Below are positions 52,914 to 61,843 of a DNA stretch of 64,000 nucleotides, one piece after another. Positions within the stretch are counted from its first letter, which is position 1, and every line of letters starts with the position of its first letter. The notes beneath the pieces are model-generated. The model was not told the DNA's origin. It saw only the letters and a program-made list of their open reading frames with translations, and ran no database searches. A program made the position numbers and the translations under genes. Origin of the DNA: Escherichia phage AugustSocin; the sequence record MZ501052; one strand, 5' to 3'.

Positions 52914-53221
52914 CGTAAATTCCCTGCAATTGGTATACTAACAATACGCCCAGTATCTAAAATTCGCCGATATAATCTTTGTGTGTCTACATCAGGCTTA
53001 ACATGTTTAACTTCTATTTTATTAAACCAAAACTTGCGTGGAGTCTCAACTAATCTCGGAATTCCCATACCTAAAGCTAGTCGATACTGCTCTTTAAGAG
53101 TAGTAAATACTTTATCAGCAATCTCCCTTTCAAAAAATACAGCAGGGCGATGTTCATCAAGCGGAACTGGCGCCGTAAATCCATCTTTATCTCTATAAAC
53201 TATCGCATATACATAAAACAT
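52910..53221 (-). CDS. hypothetical protein (dda.1 position)
   Basis: 103-aa ORF. Confidence 0.55.
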   Translation of the reverse strand: MFYVYAIVYRDKDGFTAPVPLDEHRPAVFFEREIADKVFTTLKEQYRLALGMGIPRLVETPRKFWFNKIEVKHVKPDVDTQRLYRRILDTGRIVSIPIAGNLR

Positions 53222-53222
53222 A

Positions 53223-53969
53223 TTATCCTCGGATAAGTTTAAAAATTGAACAATTTAGCGGGTATCCTCTTTTCAGTTTAAGTTTATCAATAAAAGACAA
53301 GTTTTGATACCGCTCTACACCTTGAATAATTTTATCACACATATCATATTGCATTTCTGCTTCTGACAACTTTTTCACAGTTTTCCAATCCGAGCCTTTA
53401 AGAAGAACGTTCAATTTAACAACTTCAGTTCCTTCTGCTATACGAGAACCATCAATACGAGCTTTGAGTGCTACAATCGTTAGCTTAACGTCAGAGGTCT
53501 GTTTTGATTTAGAAAGCTGAGAAATGTGCTCAATTCGGTTTTCACGTTTTTTCTGTATAGCTTTAATTTGATTATAAGTCTTTTTGATTTTAGCCCATTT
53601 CTTTTCATCTAAATTTAGTTTATAAACTTTTTTCGCAGATGAACGACCAATTCGCAAAGCAAATAAATCACGCTTTTCAATCAACTCTTCTAAAGTATAA
53701 TCAGAACGAAATGTATTGTACTTTTTCTTTACTGCAATAACATTCCCTTTAATGTATCCAACGTTATTATCAAAACGTTCTAATGATAATTTCTCTCCTT
53801 CAATACGATTATCAAAAGGTTCTCCTGAGTAAGCGCAAACTTTCTGATCTAAAATGTTCTTAATGTAATTGAAGTCTAAGTTAAAATCTTTAGAACGTCT
53901 TTTAGCAGATGCCTGAGTGTGCTCTAGACGACGTGTAATTTTACGAATTTGATTTTTAGACAGTTTCAT
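53223..53969 (-). CDS. srd: Srd-like protein (sigma-related)
   Basis: 248-aa basic ORF between dda.1 and modA, T4 srd position and size. Confidence 0.7.
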   Translation of the reverse strand: MKLSKNQIRKITRRLEHTQASAKRRSKDFNLDFNYIKNILDQKVCAYSGEPFDNRIEGEKLSLERFDNNVGYIKGNVIAVKKKYNTFRSDYTLEELIEKRDLFALRIGRSSAKKVYKLNLDEKKWAKIKKTYNQIKAIQKKRENRIEHISQLSKSKQTSDVKLTIVALKARIDGSRIAEGTEVVKLNVLLKGSDWKTVKKLSEAEMQYDMCDKIIQGVERYQNLSFIDKLKLKRGYPLNCSIFKLIRG

Positions 53970-53991
53970 ATTTTTCTCACGGACGGGTTAA

Positions 53992-54028
53992 CTACTTATA
54001 CTATAACATTTTACTTCAGCTTGTAAAC
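53992..54028 (-). promoter_or_regulatory. early promoter-like element upstream of srd
   Basis: Minus-sense GTTTAC, ~17-nt spacer, TATAGTATAAG -10 region. Confidence 0.45.
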
Positions 54029-54084
54029 AACTTTATGAAAAATGCTTTAAAACTTTCATGGTATAATGAATCTAAGTCCTTCCA

Positions 54085-54687
54085 TTATAGATTAAATCCT
54101 TCAAAATCAAGAGTATAGATAGTGTATGTTGAATACTTTTTATACTCGTATCTATCCGCAATTCTAAATACACTTCCAGCTGGTATCATTACTTCTTGTT
54201 CATCTGAAACTAATTCCATATTACGATAGCGATGGCTATCCGGAAACTTAAAACTCGGACTATATTCTTTACAACGTAAAGCTTTTATAGCATACTCCTG
54301 GAAATTAAACACCATAGGAGCTTTGAATTCAAAAATAACTTGTGTGTTGTATTCTAATCCAGAAGCAAAATGTAGAGCTATATTTTTATCATATGAAGCT
54401 GATACTACTTTATCAAATGTAATAATATCAATTCCTTGATTTAACACCTGTTTAGTCTCAACTGGAACACCTCTCCAAAGAGGTTTATCGTTTGGAACCA
54501 AACGAGATTTGACTATTTCATTTAACCAAGAATGATCGTCTGGTTTATTAGTAATACAATGAATTAAAAGTTCAATTTCAGATAAATTAAATCCTTCGGA
54601 AAGTAATTCTTCACGAATAGAAGCACGCACAGATGCATCCATTGATTTGATTTTAAAATCTTTTAATTGCATTGCTGAATATTTCAT
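54085..54687 (-). CDS. modA: ADP-ribosyltransferase ModA
   Basis: 200-aa ORF, first of two tandem paralogous ORFs, T4 ModA length and position. Confidence 0.8.
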   Translation of the reverse strand: MKYSAMQLKDFKIKSMDASVRASIREELLSEGFNLSEIELLIHCITNKPDDHSWLNEIVKSRLVPNDKPLWRGVPVETKQVLNQGIDIITFDKVVSASYDKNIALHFASGLEYNTQVIFEFKAPMVFNFQEYAIKALRCKEYSPSFKFPDSHRYRNMELVSDEQEVMIPAGSVFRIADRYEYKKYSTYTIYTLDFEGFNL

Positions 54688-55307
54688 TCAACTACCTCAA
54701 TATCATACACTTTAAATGTTCCAAATGAATCGTGTAATTTTTCTTTTGAAATAGAAGTTATTTTATACTTTCCAATTGGAATCATCCATTCCTGTTCACG
54801 CACAATCATCATTAAGTTATCAGTACGTTCTGAATCTAATCCATCAGTATCTTCATATGTATACTTAAACTCAGTATTAGGAGAAGAAAGTATAATATCG
54901 CTGATATGGTCAGAGTAATTAAAAGCTTTATCAGTTTTTAAACGAAGTATTGTTTCAGTGAAATATTCAGCGTAAGAAAAAGAACATGCTGTGAACAAAC
55001 TAGTAGTAAATGAATCTACTCTGTTCGTTGAAAACACTTCTCCAACTTGTAAATCTTTAATGAGTTCTTTTGTCGATTTTGATATACCACGATATAGCTG
55101 ATAAGGTGATTTAGTTAAATGCTTTTTAATGATTTTATTCAACTGCTGATGAAGAGCTTCATTCTTTTTGGCTTCCATACATTGCCAAAGAATTGACTGT
55201 TCAAAGTCAGTAAATTTTTCACAGACCTTTTTATACATATCATATTGAAAATCAACGCTTTCAGCTTTTATAGATAACTGTTCAACATCTGCAAGATTAA
55301 TAATCAT
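54684..55307 (-). CDS. modB: ADP-ribosyltransferase ModB
   Basis: 207-aa ORF, tandem with modA, T4 ModB length. Confidence 0.8.
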   Translation of the reverse strand: MIINLADVEQLSIKAESVDFQYDMYKKVCEKFTDFEQSILWQCMEAKKNEALHQQLNKIIKKHLTKSPYQLYRGISKSTKELIKDLQVGEVFSTNRVDSFTTSLFTACSFSYAEYFTETILRLKTDKAFNYSDHISDIILSSPNTEFKYTYEDTDGLDSERTDNLMMIVREQEWMIPIGKYKITSISKEKLHDSFGTFKVYDIEVVE

Positions 55308-55327
55308 GATAGCCTCCGTATACTTCA

Positions 55328-55363
55328 GAAGCTATCATATCATCGTTAGAAAGGAAAGTAAAC
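55328..55363 (-). promoter_or_regulatory. early promoter-like element upstream of modB
   Basis: Minus-sense GTTTAC, ~17-nt spacer, ATGATATGATAG -10 region. Confidence 0.4.
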
Positions 55364-55374
55364 AACTTTTTGAA

Positions 55375-55557
55375 TTATTTTGCCCAGGGAGCCCAGGGCG
55401 GAGGGTCAAGATGGTATGAAGCTAGTTCTTCTAGAAGAGCATCTGGGGCTTCAATTCCATAATTCTGTAATACTATACGGTACTCTTTCTTATAATCACT
55501 AGAATCATTCTGGATATTCGTAGAATGATTATCTTCTAACATCTCAAATAAATCCAT
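55375..55557 (-). CDS. hypothetical protein
   Basis: 60-aa acidic ORF. Confidence 0.45.
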   Translation of the reverse strand: MDLFEMLEDNHSTNIQNDSSDYKKEYRIVLQNYGIEAPDALLEELASYHLDPPPWAPWAK

Positions 55558-55565
55558 ATTAATTC

Positions 55566-56036
55566 CTAGCGATAAAAACCAAAGTGACGATTAGCTTCAG
55601 CAATCTTTCTTTCTTCTTCGGACATTCTCCAGCGTAGTCCAACGTCAAAATGAGCCCAGACCATCTTAACAAATGCGTTTATATCTTTAATATCTTCAAT
55701 AATGAATGTTTTACTTTTAAAAGGCTGACTCGCTAATTTAACTTTATCATCTTCAAACAGGTCAAAAAGACCATATTCATGAGCTCTTTTATAGCCTTTA
55801 ATAGTTAAAGCTTCAGAAGAAGAAAATGGTGAATCTGTATTTTGCAAAATATCTTCAGTATGCTTTATAATTAGAATAACATTTTCTGGATATTTTCTTT
55901 CTTTTATATCTTTAATTAAAATATCCGGATTTTCTGCTAAAGGAATAATCAATGAGCAATTTTTATCAAGCGTATTTACTGATTTACCTTCTTTAGACAT
56001 AAATTCTATTGAATAATGTTTTGCTACTTCAATCAT
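55566..56036 (-). CDS. hypothetical protein (mrh region)
   Basis: 156-aa ORF. Confidence 0.5.
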
Positions 56037-56189
56037 GTGATTTCCTTTTGCCTACTAATGGACCGTCGGGAATTTTGTTTTCCTGGATATACTTCTCATT
56101 TTCTTCCATCATTTTACTACCAATTTTAAGAAGCAAATCCATTGCTTCATTTGCTTTAGCTTTAGCCTCTTCTAACGTCATATCTTTGT

Positions 56190-56393
56190 TCATGATTTAT
56201 CACCATAGATGTCTCTCATCAATTTAAGCGCTGAGCGTTCTAATTTCTTTTCTTTCTCAGCACTAATCATTGATTTCATCCATTCTTCCGATTCATTCTG
56301 CATTTCTTTATTTGCTTGTTCAACCCAACCATCATCAATATACATTGAGTTTGGTCTATTGAACCATTCAAGAATCTTCTTCAGAACTTTCAT
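56190..56393 (-). CDS. hypothetical protein
   Basis: 67-aa ORF. Confidence 0.45.
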
Positions 56394-56865
56394 TTGTTTT
56401 ACCTAAAACAATAGTAGGAGCATCGTCAAATTCATGAATTTTTAGCAATTTTGGATTTAAATTATTCCATACATAATAAATGAAGTATGATAAAGCATCT
56501 TCACTCGCAATTATAAATTTATTTCCTTTATCTATTTTCCAGTCATATACTGAATCGTACGAATAAAAAGATAAAGGCTTATCATTATATTGTTCTGCGC
56601 TAACATTAATGTATTCGGATTTAGTAAATGCTTCAATTGCTCTAAACGGACTATTTGGAACAGTTTCAATAATACCAATCTTTTTAAGTTTTATTTCAGC
56701 ATCTTCTGGAACTGGCATTGAAACGAAATTTTCTACGAGATACATAGGATTACGATAACCCTTATCAATAATTACAGCTACAGTAATTGGAACATCTTTA
56801 GCAAATGACATGCTATTACTGCTAATATACATTTCAAACAAAATAGCTTCCATAATTTTCCTCAA
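56368..56865 (-). CDS. hypothetical protein
   Basis: 165-aa ORF. Confidence 0.5.
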   Translation of the reverse strand: MRKIMEAILFEMYISSNSMSFAKDVPITVAVIIDKGYRNPMYLVENFVSMPVPEDAEIKLKKIGIIETVPNSPFRAIEAFTKSEYINVSAEQYNDKPLSFYSYDSVYDWKIDKGNKFIIASEDALSYFIYYVWNNLNPKLLKIHEFDDAPTIVLGKTNESSEEDS

Positions 56866-57203
56866 TCACAAGATGTAGATGAACAACTAGAATCACAAGA
56901 ACTTCCACATGAATCGCCCGTCCATACATGAACAGGAACATTAGTATCATATGAATCAGAACTAGACTGTGTATTCTGTGTGTTAGATGATGTAGTAGGT
57001 ACTGACCAGCGCCAAGGATTTTTATAATATTCTTGGGCTTCTTCATAAGTCATAGTAACTGCTTCTACTGTTCCATCTCCCATATAAACATACTCAACTA
57101 CAGTTAAAGGGAGATAGTCATTTGAAATAGGAACTACACCTTCCCCAGGAGTTGTAGAGAAAAAATCCGTAAAGAAACTTTTAAACCAATTAAAGATAAA
57201 CAT
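56862..57203 (-). CDS. hypothetical protein with Cys/Ser-rich C-terminal tail
   Basis: 113-aa ORF ending ...[20 protein letters not shown]. Confidence 0.5.
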   Translation of the reverse strand: MFIFNWFKSFFTDFFSTTPGEGVVPISNDYLPLTVVEYVYMGDGTVEAVTMTYEEAQEYYKNPWRWSVPTTSSNTQNTQSSSDSYDTNVPVHVWTGDSCGSSCDSSCSSTSCD

Positions 57204-57409
57204 TACAAAAAGCCTCTTTTGAATTCAACTTGTTTATCGCCATAATCATATCGAATCTCTGCATTAAATTCGACAGAACCATCTGCGTACATCATAAATG
57301 AATGCACAACAACTTCTGTAGACCATGGTTGTAGTTCATATTTCTTCATTACATGCCGTGAAATGATAATATCTAAATCTTCATTTGGTTTAATCCAGCG
57401 ATTTAACAT
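57203..57409 (-). CDS. hypothetical protein
   Basis: 68-aa ORF downstream of early promoter-like element. Confidence 0.5.
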   Translation of the reverse strand: MLNRWIKPNEDLDIIISRHVMKKYELQPWSTEVVVHSFMMYADGSVEFNAEIRYDYGDKQVEFKRGFL

Positions 57410-57431
57410 AGTACTCTCCTCTATAAGATAA

Positions 57432-57465
57432 TTCTATTATACCATACTCATTTTGGAAAGTAAAC
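57432..57465 (-). promoter_or_regulatory. early promoter-like element
   Basis: Minus-sense GTTTAC, ~17-nt spacer, GGTATAATAG -10 region. Confidence 0.45.
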
Positions 57466-57471
57466 CGGTAA

Positions 57472-57500
57472 AATGAAAAAAAGGACTCCCTAGGGAGTCC
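57472..57500 (-). terminator. intrinsic terminator downstream of soc
   Basis: Minus-sense AGGACUCCC-UAGG-GAGUCCU hairpin followed by UUUUUUU. Confidence 0.7.
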
Positions 57501-57510
57501 TTGAATTATT

Positions 57511-57680
57511 AACCACCTATTTCTGTAGGCGTAAACATTGCAGCATTCTTAGTTTTCCAAGTTGCTGCATCGGAAACTACATCAGAATAAGCTGCTACCA
57601 CCTATTTCTGTAGGCGTAAACATTGCAGCATTCTTAGTTTTCCAAGTTGCTGCATCGGAAACTACATCAGAATAAGCTGC
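57511..57680. repeat. perfect tandem direct duplication, 2 x 85 bp, spanning the soc 3' end
   Basis: 57511-57595 and 57596-57680 are identical (ACCACCTATTTCTGTAGGCGTAAACATTGCAGC...AGAATAAGCTGCT). Confidence 0.8.
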
Positions 57681-57830
57681 TTTTTCTGACGGAAAGATTT
57701 GATAATGAGAATCTGCAATACGGTGTTCATTTGAATATACATCAAATGCTACAGAAACTTCCATACCTTTAACTTCTTTGCCTTCACCTGCTGGATGAGT
57801 AAAGGTCTTGATGTTAACGAAACCACCCAT
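57582..57830 (-). CDS. soc: small outer capsid protein Soc, C-terminus altered by the tandem duplication
   Basis: 82-aa ORF MGGFVNIKTF...FPSEKAAYSDVV...; a single repeat copy would end ...TEIGG (78 aa), current ORF ends ...TEIGGSSLF. Confidence 0.8.
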   Translation of the reverse strand: MGGFVNIKTFTHPAGEGKEVKGMEVSVAFDVYSNEHRIADSHYQIFPSEKAAYSDVVSDAATWKTKNAAMFTPTEIGGSSLF

Positions 57831-57862
57831 AATAAACTCCTTTATTGTTTAATTACAGGTGT

Positions 57863-57870
57863 ATTTATAA
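57863..57870 (-). promoter_or_regulatory. late promoter TATAAATA for soc
   Basis: Plus-strand TATTTATA (minus-sense TATAAATA) ~33 nt upstream of soc ATG. Confidence 0.65.
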
Positions 57871-58011
57871 CTTACAATTTAGCGGCTTTCCAGAGTTGTT
57901 CAATAATCTCTTGGTCTATTTCTTTAGTTATTTCATTACGTAATAAAGCAGTAAGGGCTTTCGCCCTTTTCTTATTCAACTTTTTGAGTTGACGTTTATT
58001 TAAACGAGACA

Positions 58012-58530
58012 TTAATAACCTCGGTCCTGACGAGCAAAGTTCTCGGCATTTTTCAGATAATAAAGTTTAAAGATTTCTTCTGCTGTAAGACCAAGACCTT
58101 GGAACATGTTCAGAACGAAATGGAGAATATCAATCATTTCAAACTTAATTTCCAGTTGGTCTTGTGGAGACAAATCAGTAATCAGAGTTTCACGACGTTC
58201 ACCATGCTGCGACTTCCAAGGTTTCCATACAGCAGATGCGTCTTTTTCACCATTACTCATACCACCAAGAGAAGTTAGAAGTTCACGGAATTCATCGTCA
58301 ATATAATCTTTCTGATTACGCAACCAATCAACAACTTCACCGGCAGTAGCCAAATCATCAGGATGACGATTATATTCAGGTTTATCTTTAGCTAAACGAA
58401 TCTGCAGAGATTTCTGCATGTCAAGCATTACCTGCAGCGGGTCTTTTTCATCACCGAGAATATCCCAATATTCATTTTGAGCTTTATCAACACCTTCGAT
58501 CAAATGAGCACATTCATTAAAGTGAGCCAT
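58012..58530 (-). CDS. 56: dCTP pyrophosphatase gp56 (MazG-like)
   Basis: ~172 aa from MAHFNECAHLIEGVDKAQNEYWDILGDEKDP...; track ORF starts 31 codons upstream at a hydrophobic Met. Confidence 0.9.
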   Translation of the reverse strand: MAHFNECAHLIEGVDKAQNEYWDILGDEKDPLQVMLDMQKSLQIRLAKDKPEYNRHPDDLATAGEVVDWLRNQKDYIDDEFRELLTSLGGMSNGEKDASAVWKPWKSQHGERRETLITDLSPQDQLEIKFEMIDILHFVLNMFQGLGLTAEEIFKLYYLKNAENFARQDRGY

Positions 58531-58601
58531 TATTTTTCCTTTCAATTCATGGGTTAGTAGATTAATTATACAATAAATATATAAAGCAATAAGGAGGACA
58601 T

Positions 58602-58802
58602 ATGGTACAAAAATTAATGGCACTTGTTAATGCCATCAAAGGTAATAAAAAGCGTATAGCTTTTACTATTTCTGCTATGGTAGGAATTTTACTCTGGAAC
58701 TTTATTTTATCACCTGTTGCAATTGCACATGGTATTAATATTCCAGTAGTTACTCTTGATACGTTCGTAGATTTAGCATTTGCTTTAGTTGGGTTAATTT
58801 AA
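58602..58802 (+). CDS. small membrane protein encoded on the opposite strand between genes 56 and 61
   Basis: 66-aa ORF with AAGGAGG 4 nt before ATG; two hydrophobic segments (FTISAMVGILLWNFILSPVAIA, VDLAFALVGLI); 3' end overlaps gene 61 stop. Confidence 0.55.
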   Translation: MVQKLMALVNAIKGNKKRIAFTISAMVGILLWNFILSPVAIAHGINIPVVTLDTFVDLAFALVGLI

Positions 58803-59827
58803 ATCTTAGCATATTTAGATAGCCGCATTTTAGCCATCAACCCCTGTGCAATATTATTTTTCATATATTCCATAATTTGTTCAGGGGTTGCACCTTCCTT
58901 TCTAATCATATCATTAACATCTTTTGATTTCCAGGGAGATTTATCCCAAAACATAACCCTTTCTCCTGCATCAACTAATTTAGTCATTCGCTTAATAGTG
59001 TCAGGATGACGAGGTTCATTATCTAAAACCCACACACGTCTATCTTTAAATGGAACAACTTCTAGGTCTAATTGACCACCCGTAATAGCTATACCATTTT
59101 CAATAAAAAGTGAATCTATAGGTCCTTCTAGAACATATACATCACCATCTTTAACTCGTTCGACTCCATAGATTTTTGTTGCCTCAGGATAAGCTTTGAT
59201 GGTGATATATTTTTGAGGAGCATCTTTCTTTAATGCACGTCCTTGAAAAGACTCAGCTTTTCCATTAGCATTATAAATTGGAATAACAAGACGAGGCTCA
59301 GGTATTTCCTTTTTATATGTTCCTGGTGCTATGCTATTAACTAATTTAGGCCATTCAGTTGTAAACCAAAGATATTTCCATTTATCCTTTGGAATACAAC
59401 GAGCTTTTACATATTTTATAATTGGATGGTCTTCCGCCAGTTTATCTAATCTAACACATGACGGAAGAGATTTAATTATTTTCTTCTCAGGTTGTTTAGG
59501 AAGTTCTTTAGGTTTTTCTACTGGACGACTTTTACCTTTTTCTTTTCTTATTTCAAAGATATACTCACGATATAAATCGGGTTCAAACTCCTTTAAATAT
59601 ATTCCGATTGGTGCATGATAGTTACAGTTATAACAATGAATATTTCCTTCATTATTATCACCATAATACCATCCACGAGCTTTATTCTGATCGGTTTTTG
59701 AATCTCCACAAACAGGGCATCTAAACCGCAATTTAAAAGTTGAACTATTATTTACTTGTGTGAATTTAGGTAAATGAGCTAATGCACGATACGCAAACTC
59801 ATTATCAATCCAAGGTATTGATGACAT
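58799..59827 (-). CDS. 61: DNA primase gp61
   Basis: 342-aa ORF with zinc ribbon CPVCGD...CYNC and Toprim-like EGPIDSL / DNEPRH motifs. Confidence 0.95.
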   Translation of the reverse strand: MSSIPWIDNEFAYRALAHLPKFTQVNNSSTFKLRFRCPVCGDSKTDQNKARGWYYGDNNEGNIHCYNCNYHAPIGIYLKEFEPDLYREYIFEIRKEKGKSRPVEKPKELPKQPEKKIIKSLPSCVRLDKLAEDHPIIKYVKARCIPKDKWKYLWFTTEWPKLVNSIAPGTYKKEIPEPRLVIPIYNANGKAESFQGRALKKDAPQKYITIKAYPEATKIYGVERVKDGDVYVLEGPIDSLFIENGIAITGGQLDLEVVPFKDRRVWVLDNEPRHPDTIKRMTKLVDAGERVMFWDKSPWKSKDVNDMIRKEGATPEQIMEYMKNNIAQGLMAKMRLSKYAKI

Positions 59828-59829
59828 TT

Positions 59830-59994
59830 TTACTCTTCTTTTTCTTTAGATTCCTCTTTCTTCTTTTTAGGAATCTGTTCAGGACCTTTATTTACTACAG
59901 CGCCCGACGTTGTTCCAGTAGAGATATTTTCAGGATTACCACCTGAATCTCCAGCTACCATATCTTCTTTAATAAATTCTTTATATGTTTTCAT
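59830..59994 (-). CDS. small acidic/basic ORF (~55 aa) between 61.1-like ORF and gene 61
   Basis: MKTYKEFIKEDMVAGDSGGNPENISTGTTSGAVVNKGPEQIPKKKKEESKEKEE; stop immediately before gene 61 ATG; below track cutoff. Confidence 0.4.
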   Translation of the reverse strand: MKTYKEFIKEDMVAGDSGGNPENISTGTTSGAVVNKGPEQIPKKKKEESKEKEE

Positions 59995-59995
59995 A

Positions 59996-60352
59996 TTAAC
60001 CTCTATTCATAAAAGCATTAAAAATTTGGTCATCAATAGATGGCACAGTAATATTTTCTGCATCATTTAGCAAATCATTAATTTCATCAGATAGCATAAC
60101 ACATGTGCCTTTATTTCCTGTAATTGTTACTGCACAATTACGAACGTTTTCTTTATCAAATTTTAGGTTAATATTTTCGTAGTGAAAATCCTTTAATGCC
60201 GAATATATCTTTAAAATGAAATTGTCTTTTACTACAATAAACCCAACCTCACTATTAAAACGTGGTTCATGGAAACTGTAATAAACCTTTTCATCTATAA
60301 AATCGTATGAAATTTTTTCCATTTTTAAATATGAAAATTCAGAACTATACAT
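59996..60352 (-). CDS. hypothetical protein (61.1 position), paralogue of C-terminal part of next ORF
   Basis: 118-aa ORF ending SIDDQIFNAFMNRG, shared with ORF 60354..60995. Confidence 0.55.
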   Translation of the reverse strand: MYSSEFSYLKMEKISYDFIDEKVYYSFHEPRFNSEVGFIVVKDNFILKIYSALKDFHYENINLKFDKENVRNCAVTITGNKGTCVMLSDEINDLLNDAENITVPSIDDQIFNAFMNRG

Positions 60353-60353
60353 A

Positions 60354-60995
60354 TTAACCTTTATTCATAAAAGCATTAAAAATTTGATCGTCAATAGAAA
60401 CATTTACTTTAGACTGTTTTTCTGATGGTAATTCATATCCACATATTACAATTTTGTGATCAATATCAAAATACACAGAAGCAATATGATTAATGATGTT
60501 TTCAGTAAAGTCTAAATCAACATCAATATCTTTTTGACCACAGCCCAAAGGATAAATAATGCGAGTAATTCGATTATCTTTAACAAATATTCCACCGACA
60601 TACTCTGTGCTGCGTTTAAAGTTTACACGTTTCCTAAATGAAAAATATTCAGGTTCTTTATGAGCCCGACTCATAGGACACAATGAGTAGCTAGAATAAG
60701 AGATGTCAAATCCTACACCTTCAATATGAGCCAACGCGTCATGATTAAACCAATTATAATCATATGCCAAATCCATTATATTGTAATATGTGAAAGGCAC
60801 CGGATTAACATCATGTGTTGTACCTTTAAAATCTGCCCAGGCAACGATTTCGTTATCTTTAACAATTACAAAAATTGTGTCAATAAGATATCCACGGTTA
60901 TTTTCATCAGGCGTTATATTATAACATTGTGCATCAGGAAATTTACCGTATTTAAACGGTGGATTTTTGTGCATATAATAAATCATATTATTCAC
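60354..60995 (-). CDS. hypothetical protein (61.2 position)
   Basis: 213-aa ORF; C-terminal ~80 aa (IFVKDNRITRIIY...SIDDQIFNAFMNKG) paralogous to ORF 59996..60352. Confidence 0.55.
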   Translation of the reverse strand: MNNMIYYMHKNPPFKYGKFPDAQCYNITPDENNRGYLIDTIFVIVKDNEIVAWADFKGTTHDVNPVPFTYYNIMDLAYDYNWFNHDALAHIEGVGFDISYSSYSLCPMSRAHKEPEYFSFRKRVNFKRSTEYVGGIFVKDNRITRIIYPLGCGQKDIDVDLDFTENIINHIASVYFDIDHKIVICGYELPSEKQSKVNVSIDDQIFNAFMNKG

Positions 60996-61281
60996 CTGTG
61001 ATTTCGGTTACGATATTTTTGTTATTAAAGTTTTTATCGCAATACAGAACATAATTATACTGCATTACACCACCAGACTTAAGTTGTTTTTGCACTTCAG
61101 CTTTCATTTTAGGACGATCGCGCTCAACAATATTCATAATATCCGCTTCAATTTGAGTTTCAACTTCAGTCTGATCTACAGTCATAGACCATTCACACAA
61201 GTCTTTATCATATCCTGCCATAGCAGGCTGAGCAGCACAAGAAGCCAAAGTAAAAATTGTAGCAAAAATAAATTTTTTCAT
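60988..61281 (-). CDS. putative lipoprotein (61.3 position)
   Basis: 97-aa ORF with signal peptide and lipobox MKKFIFATIFTLASC. Confidence 0.55.
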   Translation of the reverse strand: MKKFIFATIFTLASCAAQPAMAGYDKDLCEWSMTVDQTEVETQIEADIMNIVERDRPKMKAEVQKQLKSGGVMQYNYVLYCDKNFNNKNIVTEITGE

Positions 61282-61304
61282 GATAATCTCCTCAGTAGTT
61301 TATG

Positions 61305-61340
61305 TTTATATAGTATCTCAATTTCCAACAAAAGTAAACA
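61305..61340 (-). promoter_or_regulatory. early promoter-like element
   Basis: Minus-sense GTTTAC, ~17-nt spacer, GATACTATATAA -10 region. Confidence 0.45.
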
Positions 61341-61341
61341 G

Positions 61342-61599
61342 CTATTTTAAAACTTCTGCATAATCACATGTTACAAACTGTTTCTCTAGCTTAACGATCT
61401 TACGAAAATGCCTTTTACACTGACGAATCTGCCTCTTCGTAGGACGTACAACAAACTTGATAAATTCCACTCGACCAAATGGAGGGCTTTCTTCTGCTGG
61501 AATATCTAACACCAATTCCCATGTATCCGCAATAAGTGCTTTGAATTGAGTATTTTTCCTGACGTTATACGGAGTAGGTTTAAATAAAACAATATGCAT
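61342..61599 (-). CDS. hypothetical protein (61.4 position)
   Basis: 85-aa basic ORF. Confidence 0.5.
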   Translation of the reverse strand: MHIVLFKPTPYNVRKNTQFKALIADTWELVLDIPAEESPPFGRVEFIKFVVRPTKRQIRQCKRHFRKIVKLEKQFVTCDYAEVLK

Positions 61600-61600
61600 A

Positions 61601-61783
61601 TTATCCTCGGCAATCTACTTCACATACTTTCTTGTCATCAATGAAAGCTTTAACTAATGCTTTATTAACTTCAGCATATTGAGTAGTAGCCCATTGAACG
61701 TCATCTTTCATCATTGTGATTTCTTTAGTAAACATGTTTTCATTCTTAAACCACCCCATAAAAACTACCTTTACCAATTCCAT
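61601..61783 (-). CDS. dmd: Dmd-like protein (antitoxin against host RnlA/LsoA in T4)
   Basis: 60-aa ORF MELVKVVFMGWFKNENMFTKEITMMKDDVQWATTQYAEVNKALVKAFIDDKKVCEVDCRG directly downstream of gene 41; matches remembered T4 Dmd length and position. Confidence 0.7.
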   Translation of the reverse strand: MELVKVVFMGWFKNENMFTKEITMMKDDVQWATTQYAEVNKALVKAFIDDKKVCEVDCRG

Positions 61784-61805
61784 AACAATCTCCTCATTTA
61801 ACCAA

Positions 61806-61843
61806 CAAGACTACTATACCATAGTCTTGTCAGTTTGTAAACT
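61806..61843 (-). promoter_or_regulatory. early promoter with hairpin around -10
   Basis: Minus-sense GTTTAC then CAAGACTA-TGGTATAG-TAGTCTTG inverted repeat, upstream of dmd. Confidence 0.5.

Noticed and set aside
54040-54067. Plus-strand MotA-box-like TGCTTTA followed by TATAAT
   Set aside because: Would drive transcription antisense to modA; no plus-strand ORF follows; likely chance match in AT-rich DNA.
57511-57680. Possible CRISPR-like repeat
   Set aside because: Only two directly abutting identical copies with no spacers and no cas genes; simple tandem duplication.
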